Positions 1 to 13,634 of a stretch of 64,000 nucleotides of DNA are shown here, in pieces. The notes under the pieces were generated by a model. It saw nothing but the letters and a program-made list of their open reading frames with translations. It had not been told where the DNA came from and did no database searches. This stretch comes from the human T2T-CHM13v2.0 reference genome, Homo sapiens. The translations under genes and the position numbers were made by a program. The number at the start of each line of letters is the position of its first letter. Positions within the stretch are counted from its first letter, which is position 1. The stretch lies in NCBI RefSeq assembly GCF_009914755.1, contig NC_060931.1; one strand, 5' to 3'.

Positions 1-624
1 AATCTTAGGTATAAAAAACAAATATAAATTCAGAATGAGAAAAAATACCATAATAAACTAAAACTTTTTTAACCTGACAAAAACTAAAAACATTACAAAA
101 TCTGAAAATATTTTATAATATTTGAAACCTTGTTTTAGTATTCTTCTTTTGGGTTGCGTACACTTCGATAGTTTTTTCATATGCAATTATTTTGGAATAT
201 AGTTCTTTGTAGGGTAGACTTTAAAAAATCAGTCTTCCTCTAGAATAGTTGTTCAAAAATATTATTTTTTATTGATAACTTGAATTTTTTTCCAGCCACA
301 CAATTTCTTATTGGTAGTTATATAAATTTCAAAGGCTGTGTTAATTTGGGAAAAACCCCAACCAAATCCTGCTTTCAAATCTTGTTTTCTTTCCTTTATC
401 CTACATGTGCAGTGCCCTACCCTCACCTGATTCAAAACCAGGTGAATCCACAGAGGGATAGGTGAGTATTCTTGGACCTTATCCCTCTGGAACCCAGCTA
501 GCAAAGACCTAAATATTCAGTATGTAACAGCAAAGCACAAAAACAATAAAACCAGAATACATGCATCCTATTTAAATGTTTCATAGTGGCTCCCCAAATG
601 TCCAAACCTACTGCTACACCAGGA

Positions 625-942
625 ATGTATATATGTATATATATGTACACACAGGTACATACATATTTATATATACACACATATACATATATACACAAAT
701 ATGTATGTAAATATGTATGTATATATGTATATGCATGTACATATATACATACATATACATATATACATCCTGGTGTTGCAGTAGGTTTGTATATACACAT
801 ATATACATACATGTGTGTATATGTATACATATATGTATACACACATACATGTATACATGTATATACATATACATCTGTTTATGTATGCATATACACAATA
901 TGTGTATATGTGTGTGTGTGTGTGTATGTGTATATATATATA
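625..942. repeat. Compound (TA)n/(CA)n/(TG)n microsatellite
   Basis: Alternating purine-pyrimidine runs (tatatgtatatatgtacacac ... gtgtgtgtgtatatatata); explains the Y/I/C/V/H/T-rich ORFs at 498-1030. Confidence 0.95.
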
Positions 943-3817
943 CTAGTGAACAATTACTGTGGTGCCTCCCAGAGCCTTGAAAGGTTGAAAGGTGCAGGCA
1001 AAAGCAGAAGCTCTGAAGCCTAGGCCTCATTGGCAGGGCAGTCTGTCCAGCAATGGAAGGTTTAAACTCCTTACCTACACAGGAACCTGATAGACGGAAT
1101 GCCTCCTCCCCTGGGCTCCACTGCCCAGAATCCAGAGCCTTCCTGGACCCTTGCTTCTCAGGTGGAAGAAGGCGAGTGACTCAGGTCTGCAGCCATTCTT
1201 GGCAATCTCTCCTTCCCACTCTGGTCCCTGTGCAATAAGTGAGTCTCCTTCATTGGTCTGGCCAGCCCTGCTTCCCCGCTAGCAATGTCAGTAAAAGAAA
1301 GTAGATACTCAGCCATTCCCTGCCCAATAAGAAAGAAAATATATACCTCGGGGCTCCAGAGTAAACACCATCTAGACTGCCTTATAAAGCCATCTTTATT
1401 TTATATTTGCCTATTGATAATTGTGTATGTGTGACTTCCTTTTAACACAGGTCCTTAAAAGAAAAGAAAAAGTGGCAGGTGGTGTAATTTCATTATTAAA
1501 TGTAATCTGAACCTCCAACAATTTGAGCAGGTTCAACTCTCAGGTGTATGGGACGTGCCAATTTATGTAGAGTCACAGCACTGAGACAGGGGATTTTATC
1601 AATCTTTTATTTACCAGCTAGTAACGATTCAGTAACTGGATAGACTATTAGAGAATAACGGTGTATTGAGATTACTAATTAAAATACTGTCTTATTCTAC
1701 ATTGTATTTCCTGCTTCATTAAAGCAGAAGCATTTTTAAACCTGTGAGACATACTTGGGTTTTCTGAATAACAATAACTTAATACTATGATTTTATTGTT
1801 CTAATTGCTCCAGAATTTCAAATTTATTTGTATAAAAATTTTCTACTTTGTAAAATCACAACAATTTCATTCAAAATTGACAAGCTGCAAAATTCACCCC
1901 TGAGGGGAGAATGTATTAGCTAGTAAAGAAAACTTGTCAATGTCAGTGTTTGAAGCTCCTTAAAAAGAAAAATTGAAGCAAAGTCCAATCTTTGTCATAT
2001 CCTTTGTAATGATAAAGCAATTTAAAATGTAATGTGCATAAGCCATTATAAAATATTTGATAAAATAAATAGCTCTATTTTTAATAACTCTTGTGATTAA
2101 TATCAGGGCATAGCACATCCTCAGAAACTTGGAGACATATTTTAAATTTGGTTTGACATTTAAATTGCACACCATTATTTTTACATATAGACAATAAGAA
2201 AAACCATATTACTTTGTCAAATGACCTACTTTAATTATGATTTAATTACTAATTATTTAAATTACAATTAGTGTCATTTACTGATTTTAAGGTAACAATT
2301 ACAGGATAAGAAATTAAGTTTACTGAGTATTACTCTTTTCAAAGAGGTGGCTCATTTCAACACAGTGAGGAAGTCAGCTATGAAAACAAGAAAAGCCAGC
2401 TAACACTCCATCATTTAACAACAACGGCTGGTATAAACAAATATGTAACATGCAGATTTGTGCTAGGAAAAATAAGGACAAAAAAAGAAATAAAGGAGGG
2501 AAGCTGATTACCCCAAAGACAAGTATTTGATGACAGATCCAGGTTTCAATTTTTAATAATTCAATTTTGCATGCTTTTTACTAGAATATAATATATGGAA
2601 CAAATATGTTATTGCTATAATTTCTAATATGACAGGGCATTGGTGAGACTAAGGAAGTTCCTGCTATTGAAGGACTACCTTCTAGTCAATGAAATAAATC
2701 ACTACATTATGAAGCAAAATGCTATAATTTTCTGGGAAAATGCAACAAGTTGAATGACACAGTGGCACAGAGCAGAGTGGTCAGCGGCACTTAAAGAAAT
2801 CAAGGAAGGCCTCATAGAGGTGGGGATTTGTTAACAGGGCCTTGAAACTTTGGAATTGGGAGAAGACAAGAAGCCAGCACAGGAGGCCTGGGAGATGGGG
2901 TAAGAGTCAAAACAGGACAGATGCATTAGCCCAGTGCTGCATTCTTTTCTAGAATAAAAGAAAGAAGGAAAAGTGAATTTGCTGAAGTCCCATGAGAACT
3001 GGGTTGAAGGGGCTGAGAAAAGTCAGTGGATGTAGCAAAGACAGATGAAAGAACGAGACACTGGATAGATGGCATTTTAAAGAGAACCTCATTTTAATCC
3101 CATCTAAAATGGCATTTGTTTCCTATTTATTCTTAGCTAAAAACCAAGTGTTCAATGTTGGGATGTTCAACCACTACGATACTCAATGCTGGGCTCACAG
3201 GGAATTGTTCTTTCTTCTGTCTCTTGTGGGAATTTATTATTAGCATTATTATTTCCCCCTAAAAATGTTATTCCCATGCAAGTGAGTTTAAGGCATTAAC
3301 CTTTCAAATTGATGATCTGTTTTTGTTTGTTCTTTATCCACTATTTAGGAGTCTGGGTGAGCTCACAATCTACTGTACACAGGCAAGGGGATGGGCTCTT
3401 CAGCTTTGATCAGGGCAGCAGCCTGGAGGACTGAGGGGACCCAGAACCTTCCCATCAAGCTATAGCAAAGGACAGCCTATGTTCTATGGGACCTGAAACA
3501 CATCCTGAGAGTTTGATGCCTGCTTCATATTTGTGGTTACACAGTTGAAATTTCATCCTATAGTTTATCTATTGTTTATATATATATAACCAGATCTAAT
3601 ATGAAGTGTTTGATGTTGTACCTGCTAACATTTCTGATGTTCTGCAGTTTTTTACTGCTTGTAATTCCATCTGCCTGAGGAAGAATTCCCCTTAATCCTA
3701 CTATCTGGTTCACTCAGCATGAAGAATCTAGTTTATTACTGCATAACTTAAAGTACTATTAAGTGGTAAGTAATTTCACCTCTTGAAAAACAGTGGGTTA
3801 GGCACACATAAACAATT

Positions 3818-3846
3818 GCACACACACACACACACACACACACACC
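3818..3846 (+). repeat. (CA)n microsatellite
   Basis: Direct run cacacacaca... Confidence 0.95.
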
Positions 3847-5388
3847 CCTTGTAAACACAAATCACACAATCTATTTTATCCTTCCAGGCTCTGTGATTTC
3901 ATCTTCATTTCACCCAGGAATTCAGGAACTTTTACCTAGGTTCAGCAGCAGACTCATTACTTTTCTGGAAACCAGAGTAGCTGAACCAGTGCTGAAGGAG
4001 GACTATCTACAGACGTAATACGCTGGGGTGGGTACATGGCCCAAACTCCTGGGAGAGCACTGCTTACTTCTATCTTTGCTGAGTGAGTTCCACTTTTTGG
4101 TTAAGGGCACCACTGAGTCTTGGTTGGTAAAAATTTCTCCAGCTGTTTGTCAGCTGTGCCACTAAAACTTTGCTCTTCTTTTTTATAGTAGTGCATATTT
4201 CTACAGTTGAAAAGATGTGGGGATGAATCATGTTCATAACTTTATGTCCATTACCTTGAATTTCTTGACTAATGCAAACATGTAGCAATCAATTAAAAGG
4301 TTTTTGTTATTGAAATAGGAACTTTAGTCCCCTTTTCCTACTTGATAAGCACCGAATATTTGCTTCTCTGCTGTCTCCTTTAGGTGTGGTATATTATTAC
4401 TACAGCACATTAATATTCTGGCAGGATGGCACTCTGAAACAAAATAGACAGTTAGGGATATTTCCATTGGTGGAATCCGCTCCCAGTGGTACCATGGAGT
4501 CAGTCCCTCTTAACCTTGAAGCAGGAACGCATGTGATTTTCTACTTCTATACTCAACAATGACATCACATTTCTCCAAATCAAACTCTAGTCAACCCCAG
4601 GATTTGTTCAAAAAGTTTATGAGTACTTCTTTTCCAAGTAAATTGATATATTTTAAAAAATCAAACACATTTTTATTCCTTCACCTGTGCTTTTTTATAA
4701 CTAAATTGCCCTCAGCATTCTCTGAGAACACAAAAATCTAGTGAGAGAGAAACATACGGCAAGCAGCAAGACTGAGAGAGGCTGTAGTTTCAGAATATTC
4801 GGGGAAAAGTAGGGGAGAATGATGTCTTTCCAAATATGACGAGGTAACTTTTTAAACTATCAGCAAAAAGTGTCTTTTCTACTGTTTTTTGATTGTTATC
4901 ATTTATAGAGGCTTACTTTTCTCTATTATTTGGTAACTGTGGACACTATTAACTTAGCAATCTTAAAATAACACACTACAAGGTGACAGGTATAAACTGA
5001 GAGAACAAAGTAAAATTTTCTATTTAGAGAAGGATTCTTAAAAATACTTTCAGTGTGGTGGCTATTCTTATGCATTTATCATAGACTTTCAAGAGCCATC
5101 AGGATGGCAAAGACCAAACCACCTTTCAGGGAATGTCTGGAGGAGTTCATATCTAAGCTGGCCAGAGGGTCATGGAATCTGTATGGCCTAAGAGCAACAG
5201 CTTGCTTACCTGTAGCAAACAGAGCAAGTGGCTTCCTTCCTTTCTCCTTCCCTCCTTCTCTTCTTTCCTTCCTTTTCCCTTGTGTTTTTTTCTGTTGGCT
5301 TCTTCAGTTAAATTCTATCTTCAAATCCTAGGAATACACTTGACTGATATACATAACCACACAGCTTTCATTAAAATCATAAAGGAAG

Positions 5389-5766
<378 letters not shown>

Positions 5767-6129
5767 TTACTAACATCTAAGAAAGAATATATGTAGACAG
5801 GGACCACCATCATCATACACTTTGGGTAAATCTTCCAAGCATGCTGTTCATCCTAACCCCTGTTGTTTCTGCATGGTACTTAGCAGTAATGCAAAGGGCT
5901 TCAAGTTCAAATGTAAGTTTGATAAGAAGAAGAACCTCCACACCTTCATGGGAAGAGTGGGACATGGCCACACTAAAAGACAAGAGGGAGGCTAAACTGT
6001 TGAGGTCTCCATCCGGAAATTAACACTGGAGAGAATATGAGCATTCGTGTGACTGAGAATATCCAAGAGAAAGACCAGAGGGAAATTCTCACCCTTCACT
6101 TTGTATGGGTGAGAAATCTGAGGATCTAG

Positions 6130-6522
<393 letters not shown>

Positions 6523-6786
6523 TGCACAGCATTTTTTTACTACAACAAATGGTGGAAGACAATCAGTTGAGCTATCCATGTGTGGTTTCCCCATACTTTC
6601 CATTCCTCTTTCCCGTCAGGCGGTCATTCATATTGTGTTCCTCTGTCTTAGGGAAAGTAAGATTCCATGGCACGAAGGACATCAAACAATTCCTCTCCCT
6701 TTGTTTTTATAAAAGCCAAACATAATGAGGAGATTGCATTAGGTTTGTCCAGAGGAAAGAAAAGAGGGCAAAGGACTTTGGGGGAC

Positions 6787-7214
6787 TGTAGGTAACAGCT
6801 GAAAACAAAATTGGATGGTGATAGGTGACCTAAATTAAAATGATCAAAGGAAAGGAGACATGAGCCCCCAGTTACTTCTCTGAACTTCTTGGACCCTTCC
6901 TGCTTATGTGAGAAAATCCAAGAACTGACCTAATCACATACTGATAATGACTATTTCAAAAAACACTGTAGCCTTTGGCCAATCATCTGCCAGCTTATCT
7001 CTGTTAACAAATGGTATTTCTATGTGAGCAGTCTGAGACTGCCTTGCTGTACCTTCTCATTTTGTCTTTTAAAACATGCTTGTAACTGTCCTAACTCAGA
7101 GCACCTCTCAAGCTTAGTTTAGTAGAGTGTTTCCTGGGTTGCAATCCTCAAATTTGGTCCAAATAAACTCTTTGTTTATATGCATTCCCCTTTGTTCTTC
7201 CTTTTAGATTGATA
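6787..7214 (+). mobile_element. 5' LTR of a class I (ERV1-group) provirus
   Basis: AATAAA near 7162, ends in ...gattgata just before a PBS-like motif and gag/pol remnants; left boundary approximate. Confidence 0.6.
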
Positions 7215-7217
7215 TTC

Positions 7218-7235
7218 TGGCATACTCAGTAGGAG
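7218..7235 (+). promoter_or_regulatory. Degenerate retroviral primer-binding site, tRNA-Ser-like
   Basis: TGGCATACTCAGTAGGAG vs TGGCGTAGTCGGCAGGAT (complement of tRNA-Ser 3' end, from memory): 13/18 matches, two differences are CpG decay; located right after the LTR end. Confidence 0.5.
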
Positions 7236-7794
7236 TCAGCATGGGATTTTTCTTTGAAAGTAATGCTTAAAGCTAGCATGGACCCATTGTGTTCTCCATC
7301 TTCAGAAGTCCCACTGGGCACTGTGGGTGAGTCCTCCTGATTTCAGACCTCCCTTCCTTTGCTTGAGGTCTAGATTTTACTTGGGTAGTTTCTCTTTCGA
7401 CCCTTTCAGAATGAGGGTCTCTGTCTCTGACTTCCCTACTTATGTTAGGAGATAAGGCTATTTTCCCACCAACATTTAGGTTTTGAGTCAGAAGTTTGCT
7501 TTCATCCTCAGCTGAGATCTTGTTGTGTTGTGGCATTTCATTTTGGAAACCTGACTTGTTTCACTCATGATGAACCTCTCTTGGATTTTCTTTCCCTAAT
7601 TTATGAGAGTGGATTCTTCACTCCAAAGATAAAAGGTACTTGCTTCCTCTGGCCCATTAGGGCACTCTCCATAATTAAAGACTTGATAGCTATGTCAGGA
7701 CTTTTGTCCATGACATGCAGCAGCCTTACAGTGCTTCCACTCTCAGAGGAACTTCTGTAATTTCTCCCACTCTGCCAGCCAGTGCACATGAAGA

Positions 7795-7855
7795 CTGGAC
7801 ACTTGTGAGCCCTCTATGACCTTCTGGACACTTGTGAGCCTCTGTGACCCTCTGG
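7795..7855 (+). repeat. Two copies of a ~29-bp tandem repeat in the ERV leader
   Basis: ctggacacttgtgagccctctatgacctt followed by ctggacacttgtgagcctctgtgaccct. Confidence 0.9.
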
Positions 7856-8594
7856 GGACACAAGAGTTTCTGAGACATGTCCAAGAGTGGATCTGAATCA
7901 GTGGCGACACACTGAGGAGCCACACTCATAAGCGGCACGTTTCCGAGAGCTTGGTTGTGAGTGATTCAGGCCTCTAAATTATGGGTAACAATCATCCAAG
8001 TCTTAGGGCTTTCTGAGGAGGCAGCTCCATTTGGAGACACGAGCTGGATTTATTTGTAACATCTACAGAACTTTGTCTTATAAATATTGGGCAAATGCTC
8101 CCTCATAACGAGATCACCACAAATTACAATAGCCATAATAGACATCCCTTTAAATTCCCATATTAGTTTAATTGCATGCATAATTATAAAACACTGGGTT
8201 CAGAATCTGACGAAGTGAATGGGAAACTTATTTCCAATGCTATGCTGATGCTTCCAAGTGAGGGAGAGACAAGATTGCCTCCCTCCAAGAAGTTAACAAA
8301 AAACTTTCTGAAGCCATTTCTGAACTTAAGAAAACCTCAGAAATTCCTTCTCTCTGTCCCACAACCATTCCTTATCTTATCTGCTTATCTGCCCATGATC
8401 CTGATCTTCCTGAACTCTCTTGCCTGACTTATCTTCTCTCTCTCCTCCCTCTCCTCTTCAACTAAACTTTCCCTTCCTGAAAGTAATTCCAAATCCCCTG
8501 TCATAGCGGTTCCCTTTGAAACAAAACACATAATGAGGTGAGGGGAGCCAGGTCAGATCTATACAACCTGGACTAGAATTGAACTTAAGAATAC

Positions 8595-8757
8595 TGTCAA
8601 GAATTTCTCAAACCCTACAAAAGACCCCTGGGGTTTCTAAAAAAATGATTTGAAATTGTCACAATAAGTGTCATGACAAGAATTTCCCAAGCCCTACAAA
8701 AGACGCTTTGGGGTTTGCAAAATAATTTGATTTGAAATTTTCATAATATTGTCATAA
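8595..8757 (+). repeat. Diverged ~79-bp tandem duplication in ERV gag
   Basis: caagaatttctcaaaccctacaaaagacccctggggttt... recurs as caagaatttcccaagccctacaaaagacgctttggggttt... Confidence 0.85.
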
Positions 8758-10137
8758 TAATGTCATTGCATTGTCTGCACTTATGATCCTGGATACTTAA
8801 ATTTTTATCTGTTAATTCAAATGTTAGTCTCAGAATGAAAGGCTACAGAATGGCTGAAGTGAGCTAATTGGGTTAATCCACTAGAAGATTTTTAAAAAAT
8901 GCAGAGGAGGATCAGGAATGGGTTTGTCACTTAGGGAATGCATTCCACTGGGCTATACTGCAAATTTTCCATAATAATGTTGACTGGAATAAGATCTGGC
9001 AATGTAAACAGAGGCCAGATGAACCCATCCTTGATAATTGTAAATAATTTAAGAAAAGCTTTGAGCAAAATTTTGGTGTGGCCAACACCAGCCTTTAGAA
9101 TTATCACAATGGCATCCTTTTAAACTCTGCCTTCCTTAATGGGCTAATTAAAAACTTAGCCATTTTAGTAAACTGGCACCATAATAATTGGGTCACAACC
9201 GAAATGCATGACCTTGCCTATCTAGCTGACCAACTCTCTAAAGTTCTCCAAAGAAGAGGAAAAACAAGGCTTTAAAGGTCATGAGTGTACAGTTCCAGCA
9301 GCTAACATGCCAGAATAAGCCCCCTGAGACAAAGCAAGCAACCCCTAATGACCAGCAGGGTATCTTTTGTTACAGAGAGCCTGATCACTTCAAGAGGGAT
9401 TGCTGACACTTAAAATGGCAACTCCAGCAAAAGCTGTCTTCCAAGGAAGAATGAGGCTGCTTGAGGATTAAAAGGAGGCTTTTCTATTTCTACTTGGGAA
9501 AATAGACATGTTAATAAATGGAGAACAGACCTGGGACCTCACTGATCCCATGCTACTTTCTCTGTTCTCAACCCCACTACCTTAAAACTGTCTCCTTCCT
9601 CAGAGTAACAAATACTGTCCAATGGTGAGGGTATGTAGACAACCTAAGATTATCTATCAGTTCCAACTTTTGGAATTTCAACAAGAGATATTAGTTGGTA
9701 TTCTTTCCGTTTTGCTTGTTCCTTCAGCTCCCATATATCATCTTAGTAGAATTTTTTTTTTTAGAAATTTCCAATGCACACATTTCCTTCTTTCAAAAAA
9801 GGGAAATAGTTGTGAACGTGGAACATAATTCAAAGGGATAGAAAACTCAACCTACAGATAATGAAAGCATAGACACTGGAAATATTCCTATACAAATCCA
9901 ATGAAACATTTCAGAACCAATGGATGATACTGACAACACTACCAGACCATTTGTGGCCACAATCATTCACAAACATTGGAAAAATAATTTCAGCCACTCC
10001 TATTAAGGTTGAAGTAAATCCACCTAAACTTTTACCTAAAATAATCTAGTTTTAGGTAAAGAATATAAACCTTTACCTAAAACCAGATACAATTGAAGGA
10101 ATAACTCCCCTAATGCAAGATTATATAAAAAGGTATG

Positions 10138-10469
<332 letters not shown>

Positions 10470-10598
10470 TCAATTTAGAAAACCGAATAAAAAGGGTGGA
10501 CATTTTGTTCAATATTTGAGGGCAACAAATAATATTATAATTTCAAGACATCCTATGGTTATGTAACTCCCATACCCTCTTATCAATAATACCCACCA

Positions 10599-10953
<355 letters not shown>

Positions 10954-12940
10954 TTATTGTTTATTTATTTATTTATTTTTATTTTAATTTTTTCCTATGC
11001 AGTGCTTTCTTAGTATTCTAGTGGATACAGACAGGCAATACCTGTTTGCTTTCACCAAGCGTGACCACCAGTGTAGCTGGACTCTCCAAGGATATACTTA
11101 AAGTCCAGCTAATTTTCCCAAATGTTGAAATCTGACCTAGCTGATCTGGACTTCTGAGGAGTCTCTACTCTGATGCCTACAATATGTAGATAATGTCCAT
11201 CTCTGTTCCTACAGCTTATTGGTTCTTAGAAATAACAATATAAAAGCAATTGGCCCTAAAGGGAAATAGCTCTTTAAGGAAAACTTCAGTTCTCCTAAAA
11301 CCAATTAAAACACCTACAACATTTAATTTTCAAAGATAGGTTGCTAATAAATCCAGAAAGAATCAAAAGAATTCTGGCCTTTCCTGAGCCTTCTACCAAA
11401 AAACAATTCAGAGGGTTTCTAGGTCTGGCCAGATGTTATTAGAATGAGATAACCAATTTTTATTTACTAGCCCTGCCCCTGTATGCCTTGCTAAAGGGAA
11501 TCCAACTAGATCCTCTTATGTGGATCCCAGAAGGACTATTAGCAACAGAAAGCATTAAGGGTAGTCTTACGACTGTCTTTAACCCAGGCACCCTAATTAC
11601 AACCTCCCTATTTTCTTATTTGTACTTGAAGATAACGGAAGTGCTCTGGAGATCCTAACTCGAAAACATAGGGACAGTAATAGACCTATAAGATGCTATA
11701 GGTTTCTACAGACAATACGTGCAGTAGCAAGAGTTTACTATTCTGCATGAGGGCAATTTCAGCTACTATCATGCTCCCCAAAGCAATAGAAGAAATTATT
11801 ATGGGTTCCTTGGTCACTGTCTATGTGCCCCTGTGTGAAAAATCTGCTAAATTCTCACTAGCCCAGCATTTTTCTGTCAGCAGACTTGCTTCACATGAAG
11901 TTCTCCTCTTGTCTCCCCCAAACATTACCATTTCTTGGTACAGCAACCTTAACTCTGCCACCCTGCTGCCATTACCTTCCCATAAAACACCTCACAACTG
12001 TGTTGTCTTGACTGAATAAATCGTTATACCCAGACAGGACTTACAAGAGACCCATATCCACAACGCTGACATAATCTGGTTTATAGATGGTTCATAACTT
12101 TGGAATGATTCAGGAAAATACTACAAAGGCTATGCTATTGTCTCCTTGGCTGAAATCACAAAAGGCAACCCTTTTCCAGAAACAAAATTAGCTCAGCAAG
12201 TAGAATTGATTACCTTAAATACAGCATGTCAATGGGTGGAAAATAAAATTGCAAAGATTACACAGATAGAAGATATGCATCAGTAGTCCCTAATTTTGGG
12301 GATGCTCTGGAAGCAATGTGGCTTTTTGACCTCTTCAGGGCAACCCATCAAGAATGGCCAATTGATTACTTTTTAGCAAAAGTTTAATATATTAGAGCAG
12401 TTTTGTGCCTTTGGCAGATGGTAGAATAATAATTGGCATAGGACTGATTGTAACAATGTTGTTGCAAAAAAGAAAGTGATAGGTGGTTGAAAATGTGGCT
12501 GGTGTTTATCTTACAGGTGGTGACAATTCAATTATCATGAAGAGTAAGGTGGGTTTTTTTTCTTTATTGTAAGTGCTGGTAGAAGGGTTGCAGTAGCCAT
12601 CTCCCCTTTCTTGAAGCAAGACTTGGCTGTATGTATATATGGAGTCAGCTTGAATCATGGTGTCTTTGTTGTCCAGCGAAAAATATGGTCTTCATAGGTG
12701 GTGTTATAACCTTATGGTGTGTCACAGTGAAGTTGGAAACTGTAAAGAAGTCAGAAACAGGGATTGCAATATGATCTGAGTTCCTGCTAAGACCGGTAGT
12801 GGGAGAATGGTGGCAAATATGAGAGATTTCCAGTGGAGGCTGCTGCCTGAAAGAGCTGGATCAAAGTATTCTCTTGTCAGGCTAGGGACAATGTAAAAAG
12901 GGTGAGAATAGGAAGAAAATAGAGTAGAGACATCTTTATA

Positions 12941-13173
12941 AGAACATGTCCTTAAGGTACAGATCACTCATACTACTGTTTGTGGTTTAGGAAGGCCTTT
13001 AAGCTGTTTTCTGCCCTGGGTGGGCCAGGTGTTCCTCGCCCTCATTCTGGTAAACCCACACCTTCAGCGTGGGCATCATGGCCATCATGAACATGTCACA
13101 CTGCTGCAGAGATTTTGTTTATGGCCAGTTTTGGGGCCAGTTTATGGCCAGATTTGGGGGCCTGTTTCCAACA
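12941..13173 (-). mobile_element. 5' part of a MER9 LTR (HERV-K HML-3), truncated
   Basis: Reverse complement begins TGTTGGAAACAGGCCCCCAAATCTGGCCATAAACTGGCCCCAAAACTGGCCATAAACAAAATCTCTGCAGC, matching the recalled MER9 5' end; similarity stops at ~12941. Confidence 0.85.
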
Positions 13174-13407
13174 CTGCCCTGCTATACCTCCTCCTCCTCC
13201 ACATTCTTATACAAGTTATCTGAGATACAATCTGGGATTTTTCTGACTGAAGCATATAATTTAACCATATTCTCTTGACCAGAACAGATTATTTCTTGAA
13301 TCAAACTAATAAGATCAATTGACTAATTATATGTGGAATAAGTTGCTGAAATGTGAATCTCAGATGTGCATTAGAGGACAAGTCTTAATGCTGCAGCAAT
13401 ATGCATT

Positions 13408-13488
13408 CTTTTTTATTTTTTTTGAGATGGAGTTTCACTCTGTCACCTAGGCTAGAGTGCAGTGATCCAGTCTTGCCTCACTGCAACC
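13408..13488 (-). mobile_element. Alu 3' fragment
   Basis: Poly-T, gagatggagtttcactctgtcacctaggctagagtgcagtg...ctcactgcaacc, then an abrupt break. Confidence 0.9.
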
Positions 13489-13526
13489 CCCCCCCATGAA
13501 TACTACTCAGCCATAGAAAAAATGAG

Positions 13527-13633
13527 GCAGTGCTCACGCCTCTAATCCCAGCACTTTGGGAGGCTGAGGGGGGTGGAACATGATGTCAGGAGTTCAAGAC
13601 CAGCCTGACCAACATGGTGAAACCTGTCTCTAT
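13527..13633 (+). mobile_element. Alu left-monomer fragment
   Basis: gcagtgctcacgcctctaatcccagcactttgggaggctgag...accaacatggtgaaacctgtctcta, joined directly to L1. Confidence 0.9.
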
Positions 13634-13634
13634 T

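Noticed and set aside
453-468. Consensus donor ATAG|GTGAGT on the + strand
   Set aside because: No convincing acceptor or coding frame upstream; isolated donors are frequent by chance.
498-1030. Overlapping ORFs of up to 145 aa on both strands
   Set aside because: Translations of the TA/CA/TG microsatellite; low complexity and stop-poor by composition.
1-1045. Possible ancient hAT-Tip100-like DNA transposon remnant around the microsatellite
   Set aside because: Only a vague resemblance near 960-1040; cannot support a family call or boundaries.
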